Source: Lytechinus pictus
Lineage: Eukaryota
DNA length: 64,000 nt
Assembly (NCBI RefSeq): GCF_037042905.1
Contig: NW_026974140.1
Location: 3,782,001-3,846,000, forward strand
Direction: 5' to 3'
Part shown: positions 26,374-39,000 of the stretch, one piece after another
Layout of the letters: the number at the start of each line of letters is the position of its first letter
Position numbering within the stretch: position 1 is the stretch's first letter
The notes under the pieces: model-generated
Told to the model about the DNA's origin: nothing
The model's input: only the letters and a program-made list of their open reading frames with translations
Databases searched by the model: none
Program-made: the position numbers and the translations under genes

Positions 26374-26530
26374 GGGCCCCGTTGCAAAAAAAGTTACTTT
26401 AATAGTAACTTGTCGTCCAATGATATATTCCATGGCATTCTTGAATTTGATTGGCTGTTGAGCATCGTTACCATGGTAGTTACCATTGGATGGCAAAGTT
26501 ACCATAATAGTAATATTTATGCAACGGGAA
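26374..26530. mobile_element. Short Harbinger-like MITE (relatives at ~27425-27576 and ~57655-57805)
   Basis: Ends ggccccgttgca / tgcaacggga; shared core accatggtagttaccat...ggcaaagtta. Confidence 0.5.
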
Positions 26531-26918
26531 CGTGGACGAATGAAACCATTCAATCGGCGTTACTTTGATGCAGGTTGTGCTTTAAGAAACGACTTTTTCT
26601 GTTCATCCAAGTTTTAAAAAAAAATCACAAAGGCAAATTTGAAAATCATATTTGATAAAAGTCTTTTTCATTATGATGTATAATAATCCACTACTTATAT
26701 ATTACTATCAAATACTAAGCATTTCTTGATATGTACACTTTTTTGACACGTATCTTTCACAACTGCTTCCGAAGGTACTAATATTCCATTCCGTGAAAGT
26801 AATAGTTGTGATAATTATATAGCATATTGAATCTAAATATATATTACCACCGACACTGCAGACACTTCCACCTATATATCCACTTTCCCTTCCTCACTCC
26901 CTCCACTCTGTGTGCTCC

Positions 26919-26951
<33 letters not shown>

Positions 26952-28388
26952 CCTTTTGCTTGCTCGCCATATCTTCTTTTCCCTCCATCCACCTTTCTCT
27001 CTCACTCATTCACTGAGCGCTATTTATTTACTCTTTCTCTGCAGTGAAATACAATTTTGATCCATTACATGGTCATGATGGTGATGATATAATCTGATGA
27101 TAATTTTAACACGATTCGATTAATGTGAAATTTCCAGTTATTTGTAGAACTGAGAACACCTTCAAATAGTACATTTCTCTACCTGTCATAGTTCATTTTA
27201 ATGGCTGAAATTATCTATTATGTCTTTCTTTCAAGTTATTTATTTTATAACCTTCCTCAAGTAATAAGTTGGTAGATATATGAATATTGATGGGTTTTAT
27301 TCTAACAGACTATTGTCTCGTTTGAACTAAAGTAACCAAAACTGTTTTAAGAAATTGTTTCCGACTTATTGGACATTAATTTATTACATTCTGTGGATAC
27401 GAAAAAATGGCAGTAAAACAGTCAGGAAGCCGTTGTTTTAAGAACCTACGATTATGGTAGCTTTGCCGTCATGATAGATTCCATATAAAAACAGGACTCA
27501 GTCAATGAAAGACAAAGTTACCATGGTAGGAAATGAAAAAATTACCACAAACTTACGTCTTTATGAAACGGGTCCTGATGTCATCCACTTGATATTATCT
27601 ATATCTTGAATCCAAACCATGATTTATATTAAGTTTATATTTCGTTCAGAACCTGGCAAATACATCGAAAGTAATTCTAGCATCCTTTATCATTATTTGT
27701 ATTTCATTCTGTCACTTCTCAATCATGATTTGATGAATATTGTTTTTAAGGGGTGTGTTTCTTGAACTTCTATATAAATGTATGTTTTGGAGAAAAAAAA
27801 CTCTATTGATACGAATTCAGTCTTTTATGTGTTCCATTTTCTACCTTTGGTCAATGCATTTTAAACATTGACGAGTCTACGAATGTATGAAATTATTTGT
27901 CAAATTATGAAAGTGTGATATTGAAGCAATGTAAGGAAATAAGGACTGGTACACAACAGATTTTTGTTTATTTTATTGGTTTTCTATTTTCACTTTGTCT
28001 CTTCTGTTATTTTGTTTTGATAAACAAATATTTCCATTCGATGCGGATTATTCTTCCTCAAACATTAAATTCATCGTTTAACCTCCAAATCCATAAAGGT
28101 AAGGTTGTATTGATTCAATCAGAATTTAGTTTGACAATTATGATTCATCTTAAGTTATTGCACAAAACGCGAGAGTATGGATAACCTTGAATGCACAGGT
28201 GTCATCTGTTATGTAAATTTGTGTTATTCTAGTTTATTGGTAAATGTGTATTTAAAACAGAATTTCATATACAAGTAAAGAAAATCACATTTCACTCATG
28301 ACGTTGGTACGAGCGGATTCAAGTGGAATCTATTCCCATTTGAGCCACCAGAATATGAAAAATGTGTGTATTTCTCTTCTCCTCTATA

Positions 28389-28855
28389 CAGTGCGTCCCC
28401 AAAAAACTATTCACTTTTGAAATGGCTGCCAAATGAAAAATATATCACTTTGGGAGAAAACACTTATATGGAAGCCAATAAAGTCAACTTTCAAATGACA
28501 CCAAAAAGTTGGAAAACTATTGATGCTTGAGCGAGCACTGCCCACTGAAACAAAGGGTATGAAATTTAGGGTGGGCAGGAATTAGCCAATTTCTTTCAGT
28601 TTTTGAGATGCGAGTCCCTTGGAACTTACAAAGTTGAGGGTGTTTTGATAAATCAATGATCAAGCATTATCAATTTAGGTTTTTAGAGCAAATTTCAAGA
28701 ATTATTAAATTGAAATTTAATGCATGAGTGAACATGATTTTTTTTTCTCTTTTTCAAGTGGATCTCAGCAATGTGTTCATGGAAGTCAGAATAGGGATAG
28801 GACTTATAGGTGGGGGAAGTAGGTTGACGGGATATGGGTCAACAGAACACTTAAC

Positions 28856-28909
<54 letters not shown>

Positions 28910-30146
28910 CCCTTTCACCCCTCCTGAGAGACTAGCCTTTGCTAGGGTGAGCAGGAATTAGCCTTCCAGTTTTTCTTAGAGGTCAGTCCTTTGGAACTTG
29001 CAAAGTTAAGGGTGTTATGCAAAATTACTGATGAATTGAGATCAGTTTTGGTTTCTTAAGCAAATTTCATGAGTTACTAAATTGAAATGTAATTCATGAG
29101 TAAATAGGAATTGCAATTTTAGTGTAGCATTTTTAGTTTATTATGTGGATCTTAGCAAGTGCTTGTGAGAGTCAGAGTAATGTGATGGTACATGTTACAT
29201 GCAAGGGGGTGAGATAGGGTAAGACTGGGTTAAAGGGGTATTCTTCTTTGTGTCCTCTTACAAATATCATGTCATGTACTCACCCCCGCCCTCCACCCCC
29301 TTTTTTCTCCTGGATGGTATTTCAAACTTAAATGCCAAGTGACTTATGGTTGATGGGTCTTTCTTTTCCATTGAATGATTATTGAGAACTTGACTAATTA
29401 TGATGATTTATGAAATGATTTATTGAAAATATGAATGTTTAATTGATAATTTATTGAAAAAGGTGAATATTTGATTGATCACATTGATTGAGTTGATTTA
29501 CTAACAGATTGTTGATTGAATGATTGATAGGTAAAAATGATGTCCTAATTTTCAGAATTGACAGTCCGCTCTGGACTTAATGCGTACATGTAATAGCAAT
29601 CAGTCTCAATCTCAAAAGAAGGGGGAGGGACGGGCCAGTGGGAGGGAGGCTAAACGTTCTGTTGACCCTTTTCCCATCAGCTTACTTCACCCACTGAAGT
29701 AATTTCTTAACCCTATTCTCCTGACTCCAATAAACACACTGCTGAGACCCACATTGTAAAGTTAAAATGCTACACTAAAGATTGCAATTCACGCTCACTC
29801 ATGCATGTAATTTCAATTGGATAATTAATGAAATTTGCTCTAACAATTTAAATTGATAATGAATGACCATTTATTCATCACAACACCCTCAAGTTTGCAA
29901 GTTCCAAGGGACTCGCCTCTCAAAAACTGAAAGAAACCGAAAGGCTAATTCCTGCCCACCCTAATTTGCATACCCTTTGTTTAAGTGGGTAGTGCTCACT
30001 CAAGCATGAATAGTTTTCCAACATTTTGGTGTCATTTGAAAGATGACTTTATTGGTTTTCTATATATATGAGTCTTTCCCCCAAGGTGATATACTTTTTA
30101 TTTGGCAGCCATTTCAAAAGTGTATAGTTTTTTGGGGGACGCACTG
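28389..30146. mobile_element. Tc1/mariner-like non-autonomous element with long TIRs, 1.76 kb
   Basis: TA|cagtgcgtccccaaaaaacta... / ...tagttttttgggggacgcactg; inverted similarity extends >300 bp; subterminal block 28570-28800 is repeated directly at ~28945-29180. Confidence 0.8.
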
Positions 30147-30919
30147 TTTATTGCTCTCGCAAGGAAACCTCTTTTGTAAAGTTCTGAAATAAAATATCCA
30201 TCATATTCATTTACCTTGTAATCTTGATACTCGTCGAGTTGTACTTTATCTAGATCTAATACGAAGTGAGGAGTGGTTTAATGGGGCCTTAATCAAATAC
30301 TTTCAGACGGAGCTACTGTGCAACATTGGTGTAACAATCATACATATGACATCTTCGTTATATAACTATTAACTATATAAGTATGGTACACTGAAATATA
30401 TGTTATATCAATTATTAATTGCTTTAATTGATCATGATAATTGCGATGTTGTCTGCACTGCCATGTGTCTTCTATTGTGCTTAAATCATAAAGATTTTTT
30501 TTCTCTCATCTGTCTACTGTATATATATTATATCTTATTTTCTCGTTCTCTTTCTCCCTCTCTTCCTCTGTTTCTCTTTATTTTTCTTACCGGCTTTTTC
30601 ATAAACCTCACACGTAAATCCTCCTCTTTTTCCTTTTCATAATTTTATATAAAGGGTAAGTTGTATCATGATTTTTTATAATGAGCTTAAACTCAACCTA
30701 GCTCATAAAGAGTGTTGCATATATATACATTTTGGGTTGCCTTTGTTTAAAAGATGTAAAGATGAAATATTTCTTCAAATACAAGATGTACATGTACGTA
30801 CATGTATTATGATACATGTGTGCTCTTGATCTTTTGATATTTCAATAAAAATATATTCATATGATTAAGAATCACATTTTTGTGTTTATTATTTCTAGGC
30901 TTTGTATTGTCTCTACATA

Positions 30920-31081
30920 CCGTCACTCTCCCCTCTCTCTCTCTCTCTCTCTCACTTTTTTCTCCCCCTTTCTCTCTCTTACGCACACACACACACAACC
31001 CCCAACACCCCCACACATTTTCTCCAGCCCCACCTCGACTCTCTCTCTCTTCTCTCTCATGTGTTTCTCCCTCTCTCTCAG

Positions 31082-31112
<31 letters not shown>

Positions 31113-31196
31113 ACCCCCCAACATCCCCACACATCTTCTCCAGCCCCCCCCCCCCCTTCGACTCTCTCGCTCCCTTCTCTCTCATTTGTTTCTCCC

Positions 31197-31242
<46 letters not shown>

Positions 31243-31316
31243 AACCCCCAACACCCCCACACATTTTCTTCAGCCCCACCTAGACTCTCTCTCTCTTCTC
31301 TCTCATTTGTTTCTCA

Positions 31317-31366
<50 letters not shown>

Positions 31367-31412
31367 ACCCCCCCCCCCCAACACCCCCACACATCTTCTC
31401 CAGCCCCACCTT
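30920..31412. repeat. Compound minisatellite, 4 units of ~115-130 bp containing (CT)n(CA)n
   Basis: Unit accccc(c)aacacccccacacat(t/c)ttctccagccccacc..gactctctc recurs four times. Confidence 0.9.
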
Positions 31413-34400
31413 GACTCTCTTAATCACATCAAGTTTAATGACCTTTAAATCATGATTATGAACGGCTACGCACAAATTATCATTGGAAATAAATATCCCT
31501 TTTATGCTGATGAAATTTATAGAATATAAACAAGGTGAAATGCTCACCAGGTTTGTTTGAGGAATTGTGCTTCCACTTTCTATTTGATGAACATAAACAT
31601 TTGAATCTTTTTCATATGAGCACCCTGCACAGTAAATCCATTTGATTTCATGAAGAAGATGGAAAAGGTTTGAAAACAGCACTTAAAAACAGACCCCTGT
31701 GTATTTACAACAATGTTATGACACCAGAGTCTATAACTCTGATGTAAATTTTAAAAAAAAAATTAATTTTCTCCTCCAGTAAATTATGAGAGAAGCAAAT
31801 TTCGTCCGAATTTAGTATTGAGCTGAGCTGATTGAGATTAGCTTATTCTGATGTTCCAGGTAAATACTTGCAGGAGAAAAAATAAAAATTCTGTAATTTT
31901 GCATCTCAATTTATATATCGATATTGCTAACGCCACATTTGCTGTCAAAATAAATATATTTCAAAGCGAAAAAATATTAGTTAGAACTTCTCGACAACAC
32001 ACCTTTTTTCAAGTTTAATACAATCAAAACTTCGTCCGTAAGAAGAGGGGAACATAACCCAAATGCTTCTCAATTCTATCTTATCGAATTCTCCTTATAT
32101 TGTGAGATTATTAATAATAATGTACATTTACAGTGTCAACAACGATATATCAAATGAGAATTACATACATTGTCACTTAAAATGAGAATACGTTTCGTGC
32201 TCATAACTATCTTTGGCACCAAAGTCACATGAAATAGCCATACAATCATGACAATGGTTCTTATTTACTTGCAGGAGAAAATTTCCACAAAATACAAGCT
32301 TATTTTGCTTCGTCTTCTCCTAAAAGAAAGAAGATCATAAATTGGAAGGGGGTGGCGAATCATTGGCATCCAGAGAATTTTAATCGGAAACTGTCCATTT
32401 GGATGGATGATAACACCGTCACGTATCATTCATTGAGATTTGGTAATAAAAGATGAAGTACCCTTTATTGAAAAATAATGAAGCGCTTTCACAGACCCGT
32501 TCTCTTAAAACAAAATGAGATGATCATTATTTTAAGCAAAAGACGCGATGGTTATACGACAATGCTGACATGATTGATACGATGTCATCAACACCGGTTG
32601 AATAAGATATGGTCTTACCCTGAGACACAGGGATAGATGAGGAGGGGATAGGCTCCGCCTTCATGATATGTTGGAGTCCAATTACTTTATCAGCGTTAGG
32701 GCGAGGAAACCCATACACCTGCCTGTTTTCTCACCCAACCGTACTCGAACGCCGCCGCGATAAATTGTCGCCTTTTTGTGCCACACTTTCTCATACTTTC
32801 CAGACGCATCTCCAATATTTATACCGTTTTATGTTTCCCCTTTATCAGCATATTTTCACGTCCGAACACCTATCGCATTTTACAATTAAAATATGATAAA
32901 AACGAGCACATTTCAAGAAGAAAAGCAGATAATAACTGATCATAACATCAAGAGGAAAGTGGAATAAAAGGTCTATATCTGAGCATGTAAATCATTGGCG
33001 TAATGAGCAAAACAAATTGAGGGGGCGTGATATAGCGTATCGGGAAAAAAAAAAAGTAGCGAGCGATCGAAAATTTGGACATTTTTTTAAGAAAAATTCA
33101 ACTTTCTTGTCAAAGATTTTAGCATAATATTCTGATGGATATTGTTAACTATACGGTATATAATTATGGTGCAATGAATGAGGTTGACTTTGTTGAAATT
33201 TAAACTTTTAGTATTTTTGTGGTGTCGCGACAAAATAATATATATCCGGTTGCTTGCACCTTTTGTAAAGAAAAGGAAGAGAATTCGCATGTTTATTTTT
33301 GGCGTTTATTTTTCTATTGTGGACATCGTGGGGGACGTGTGCCAATTTAGAATTGGAAGGATTTTTGTGTACTGTGAAAGAAAATGGAAAATAGAAAATA
33401 AACATTTTAAGAAAAACTATAAAGCATTTAAAGACAAGCATAATCATAATTATATTCAACCCCTTCACGTTGCTAAAGATGACTATTTCCGTTTTAATAT
33501 TATTTTCCTCCGTGAAGTCTTTCCTGTTTATTTACATTTCGAAACAATATTCCCACTGCGAAATGAATGATCCAGTTTCGATAACAAATCTCGAGTGTCG
33601 CGTTCATCATAATTTTAACCAACTTGACACCGTATAAGGTGTCTCGATTTATTAGAAAAACTTCTTCGCGCCTTCATAAGGTCACAACCCATAGTGTATT
33701 TTATGAACAACATCTTGTACTGTAACTTATTCTATATCTTTAAAGAAAATGGGTACGAAATAATAACTGCTACGAGTGGGCGTAAGGTGTATAATGACAC
33801 AACAAAGTTCCACTTCCAAACTCATATAAAACTTTCAGAGAAGGGTCGTAACGGTATAAAAGGTCAGTAATTGCGTCATTCGACGCATCTCTTATAACAT
33901 GTATAACATGTATCATACATGCATCTGAGTTGAGACGTGATAGGTTCAAAATTAGCATCTTTCAAAACAAAGAATTGAATAGAATTTCAATTTATGTCAT
34001 TAAATCGCTTTAGAAAACCAAAGTTTAAATAAAAAAGAAAATATGGCAGGATATATAACGAAGTATAAAACAAACGAAATAACTATTACACCCCCCCCCC
34101 ACCCGGTTTACAATAATTAAGTCATCTTCCCCTGAATTGCGGTTTTATTACTGTTCTATTGACATACGTATGTAACAAGTACTAATGAAAGTATGAGCAT
34201 TTAAGCCATTGTGTTATTATCATGGCATCCGAAAAATTGCAATCGGAAGCACAATATCTCGAGAAAAAAATATATGCACTTCATTGTATAAACTGAACAT
34301 CAGTCATGGTGTCTACTCTTCTGAGTTCTTCCCCATTGTGCCCAACCAATATATTTTCTAAATTTTCTCCGAAAGAAAATATGATGAGAGATTGATTTCC

Positions 34401-34579
34401 TCCCATGAATGTTGACCAAAGAAGTACACACATAGGGCATAAATAAATCACCAGGGAACACAATCTTAATAGGGTGAACATTTTGGAAAAGTGAGAGAAA
34501 ATAATGAGATACACTGGCTAGAATTTTATTTTAAAAATTATGATGTGTATGAGTATGCATACGATCTTCTAAATTGTTC

Positions 34580-35022
34580 TTGGAAATCTCCCCCTGACGA
34601 CAACTCCTCCAGGGAGAAATCCCTTCTGACATCTCCCATGATGGACAGCTTCCCTGGAGGGTAACTCCCCGTAGGACAGCATCCCTGGAGGACAACTCCT
34701 CCGTAGGACATTCTCCCTCGGACGAAGGATCCCTCGAGGACAAGTCCCCCGAAGGACAGCTCCAAAGGGGTTGGGGAGTGAAATTGTTTGCTAATGGTTT
34801 ATCCCTTTAGGTTACACTCTAATTTGCAGCTTAATTGCTAATTATTCATAGAAACCCTTTGTTTTCAATCTTGAGCCAAAGTACACGTTCAAGATCATTG
34901 TAGAACCGCGCCGGTGGAGGAGTTTTCATAGGGCGAGCTGTCCTCCCGGACATTCGTCCTCGGGGGGACAGGTCCTCCGGGTGAGATGTCTTGCGGGGGA
35001 GTTGTCCTCCGGAGATGTCTAG
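34580..35022. mobile_element. Foldback-type MITE with arrays of ~19-bp subterminal repeats
   Basis: Left array of ggacaactcc(t)cc-like units; right array of reverse complements (ggggagttgtcctcc); AT-rich spacer. Confidence 0.55.
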
Positions 35023-36011
35023 TTTTACATAAAATGCATGCATGCTTTTTCGAAACAAGTTAGTCAACCCGTTAGTAAAAGGCCCATATAATCAATTCAT
35101 AATTGCTGAAAAATAACAATTAGTCAACAGTGCCTGCAAGTGTCTTTGATTCTTTGTTGATTATCGTATTAAAAGGAATTATTCATCGGTCGGTACCAAA
35201 ACTGAACATGGTTAATTGTCTCGTGACATAAGCAGTCTGTATCACAGGTCTGAATTCCAACCGGGTCCATTATAAAGACCAACAGAAGATATCTGTTGGT
35301 TCTGATGGTTTTTAATGGACCAACAGCTTTGGAAAAATTGTACCATATTCATGAAGATTTGCATAACAACAATCTGAAATATATAACAGACACAATGGCT
35401 TTTTATTTACAGAAATTCCGTTATTGATTTTTAGTTCTTTAAAGATGTTACACATTTTCAACTTTAAAAAAATGTGGAAATATCATTTTCTCAAAATAGA
35501 CGATGTAGTTAGTGAGATATCACATCATCGAATCCCATCATGTACACGGTCACTAGCTAATAAAAGCATTCGATATTTAACCAATTCTAAAAAGAATTTC
35601 TAAAAGTATTTTTAGTGGCTCTTTTCACCAGAATTGTCTTAATTCCCGGGGCTTTTATTACCATATTGTATTCATTGTTGTAATTCGATCAGATTTTGGA
35701 TCACAATCATGATCAATTGGATTATTAGAAATAGACTCAGTGCTCTAAACAGATTAGGAATCAATAATTATTTCTGGGTGAGATTTCCTCCAATGTTAAT
35801 GTAGATATCATAAAGTATAAACAAAGCTCTCATATGACCCCTTCCAAAAAAAGTAAATAAATAAGTAAATTAATGATTAGATAGATAATAAACAAATGAA
35901 TTTAATCATCTATCAATTATTTACAGGTAGATAGCTCAGATGATTGCACCATTATTATATTACCCCTGAGAATCTCTAAAGGTTTTTATTTGTAACGAAT
36001 GATATAAACTA

Positions 36012-39000
36012 TCAACTCGGTGATGCTCGACTCTCCCTCCAAACCATGAAAGCAACCACAACTAATAGCAGAGCCTTGATGATTTCCAGGCCACCGAATA
36101 CTAGAAACACCTTCTCGTAAGAATCTGCGACGTCAGAGAGCTTTCCTACAAGTCATGGAAGTAAAGAAAATGACACACTGTATTTTGACAACTTTTTAAA
36201 AATATTTTTCATATTTACTGTGAAATAAGTAGAAGTATACAGAAACATAAAGATAACTTGACTCATTTTATTGATGTAACCAAGAAGATTTATAAATAGA
36301 CAAAAAATATTTGAATATATATCGCATTTAGAATAAGTTGCCTACTGTTTGAATCACAAAGTTTATCTTTGGTTGAAACCAATTTCTTAGAACTCTTCCA
36401 TACCTCTCTCATGATTTTATATCTTAAAGGATCATTATGAAATCTAAAAAGGTGAAAATTAGTATAGACGCTGAATTGTATAGGCCCATTTGCAACATTA
36501 CTATTTTTTGTGAATATAAATGGACGGATATTTAAAAACGGAGTGTTACCAGCACTTTAATAACAAAACATATTTGCAGATAACATTTTTATAGAATTAA
36601 AGTCTGATTGAAAATAGCTAAATTTATATTTACCTGCTAAATAACCTCCTATTGGCTCTCCCACGCCGTAGGAGAGTGACACGAGGCCTATTGCGTTAGC
36701 GAATCTATCCCTTGGAACAACTTCCTTGACACATATAGCTACAAGAGGTATCAAAGCGCCGCTGCAGAGTCCACTGAAGAACGCATCAACACAGAGTACT
36801 GGTAAGGTCTGCAGTAATGGATCGATCGCGAACGTGATGGCATTGACAATAGACAGCAGAATGGAGAGCTGGACACCAGTCAAGAGTCGTTTGTCTACAA
36901 TGGGCCCTTGGACAATTCGACCGATTAGGTTTCCAACCCCTCCTACTGAGGATAGGAAGACCGCACTCTCTATTGGGATGCCTTTCCCGACAGCGTGGGG
37001 TACTAGGAAGATCATCCAACCAACATGGACGGAAGTCAGAAGGATGAACGAAAGCTGCAGGATAATCAAAGCTGGTGCGTCCCTCATGAGTTCGAGGTCC
37101 AAGAACTGGACGACACACATGGCGGCAGATTTGCAAGAGCTCAAGAAGCTACTGCAGCAAGATCGATCGGTAAGTCCATCTCTTTCGTTCAGTCTCTCAT
37201 GGCTGCTAACGTGCCCTGACTCTTCTGAGACGTAACTTAGCTTCCTGAAATCGTATGTCCAGTGTTCATTGCCGTAGTATTTACCGCGACCATCAGAACA
37301 GAGAGGTTGTTTGTCATTACAGTTGACCGCATCGTTGCCGTATCCATGATACGATTTTCGCTTCTCAAATTCGCCACGGAGATTTTTCTCATTCCCGACA
37401 AGAGATCTGTAACTCGAGAGCTGAGGCTTAATGAACTCACCATCGGACAGTATCGCAGTGTCTTCCTCGTCACAAGATTTGAACTTTCTCATCAGGAAAG
37501 AATTCCTCATCGCAGCTTTGGGAGCATTCGAAGACAGATTCATGCAGCTTCCATACTTAGCAACATTGGATTGCTGGTACGGAAGTTCCTCTGAATTACC
37601 GTTCGGCCATACTGACGAGCCCAAAGGCTTGACTTCCTTTATGTTACAGGCGTCCTTCTTGAATTGTGCTTTCTTGCTCTGAATGTCATCTGGACCAGTC
37701 GTTTTCTTTCTCCGCCAGTGTCCATACACATGTTCCGGTTCCCGAGTGACCACAGCCGTAATCATCATGTGGAAGTTGATGGCACCCAGCAGGAAGAGGG
37801 CGCCTTTCCAACCGTAAGTATGAGCAAGGTTCTCCGTGACGACTGGTAGTACAATCATACCAACGGCGGGACCGGTCTGGGCAACACCATAAGCCAGGGC
37901 AAATCGCTCGACGAAATGCTTGTTAAGGGCCATGATGGTAGGTAGACACATCAATGAGTATCCAAGTCCTGCGACCAAAAATATGGAGGAAAAATCATAG
38001 ATTCACAAAACAAGGTAATGAAGACCATATTGGGCTGATCATTAGAAACCAATATCACGATCCATGAAATTATACATAAGTAAAGGCTAGTTTCCAACGA
38101 CTTGTATTAAATATTAATTATACCCATAATAATATAAAGAAGCATCATCTTTTTAAAAGGTAGAACTATAAAATGTTATCTGATTGCTTGGAATAAATAT
38201 CACGTTTGGGGTATTATCATCATTATGAGAGATGGTGGTTAAGATGTTCGTATTACAGAGAACACTATGCAGCAATACTTAACTTAAGGTTCAAGCCCAC
38301 CCCAGCAAAATGCTGACTTAATTCGATAGAGAAATATCAAACAAACATAAAGCTGAAAAATTCATAAAAATCGGATGTAAAATAAGAAAGTTATGACATT
38401 TTAAAGGGGGAGTGAACTGTGTGTGGTCTCTCATTGACTGTGTGTTATAAATACATAGTCTTGATATATACGTTTTCACATATCTACTAATACTTTAGAG
38501 AATAAATTGACCTATAATTGTATTTAGAGAAACAACTAAAATGTTTTGAGAGGAAAAGTAATTATTTTGATACTTTCAAGTGGGTCTATATTATAGCATT
38601 ATGGGTCAGGAAACTGGCCAGGTATGAGTAGTTGAGGACTCGAGACGGAGCTATTGGTTCGTATCTGCTTTAAAATTTTCGGTTATTTTTCACTAAATTG
38701 TTATAAATAATGAGAGAGTTGATGATGTTCCTCATTCACAATTCTTTTTTATTGTTTGAATTGTACAATTTTTCAATTTTTACAGATTTGACAATAATGA
38801 CCAACTTGACTGAACCACAGAATGGTAAAACAGTAAGAGTTTCAGTGTTCGGAGAGGAATAAAACTTTGTTTCACATGAAAATGTGAAGAAAATTGAAAT
38901 ATTTCATAATGCATGTAAAGAAATAGAAAAGAAATAGTGAGTGGGTGATGTCATCACTTCCCTCATTGGCATACCAACCAGGATGTGCATATAACTGTTT

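Noticed and set aside
30807-31682. Several overlapping 100-190-aa ORFs
   Set aside because: Translations of (CT)n/(CA)n repeats.
36726-37849. Plus-strand ORFs overlapping the SLC16 exon (likewise antisense ORFs inside NLR exons)
   Set aside because: Shadow frames of real coding exons with no motifs.
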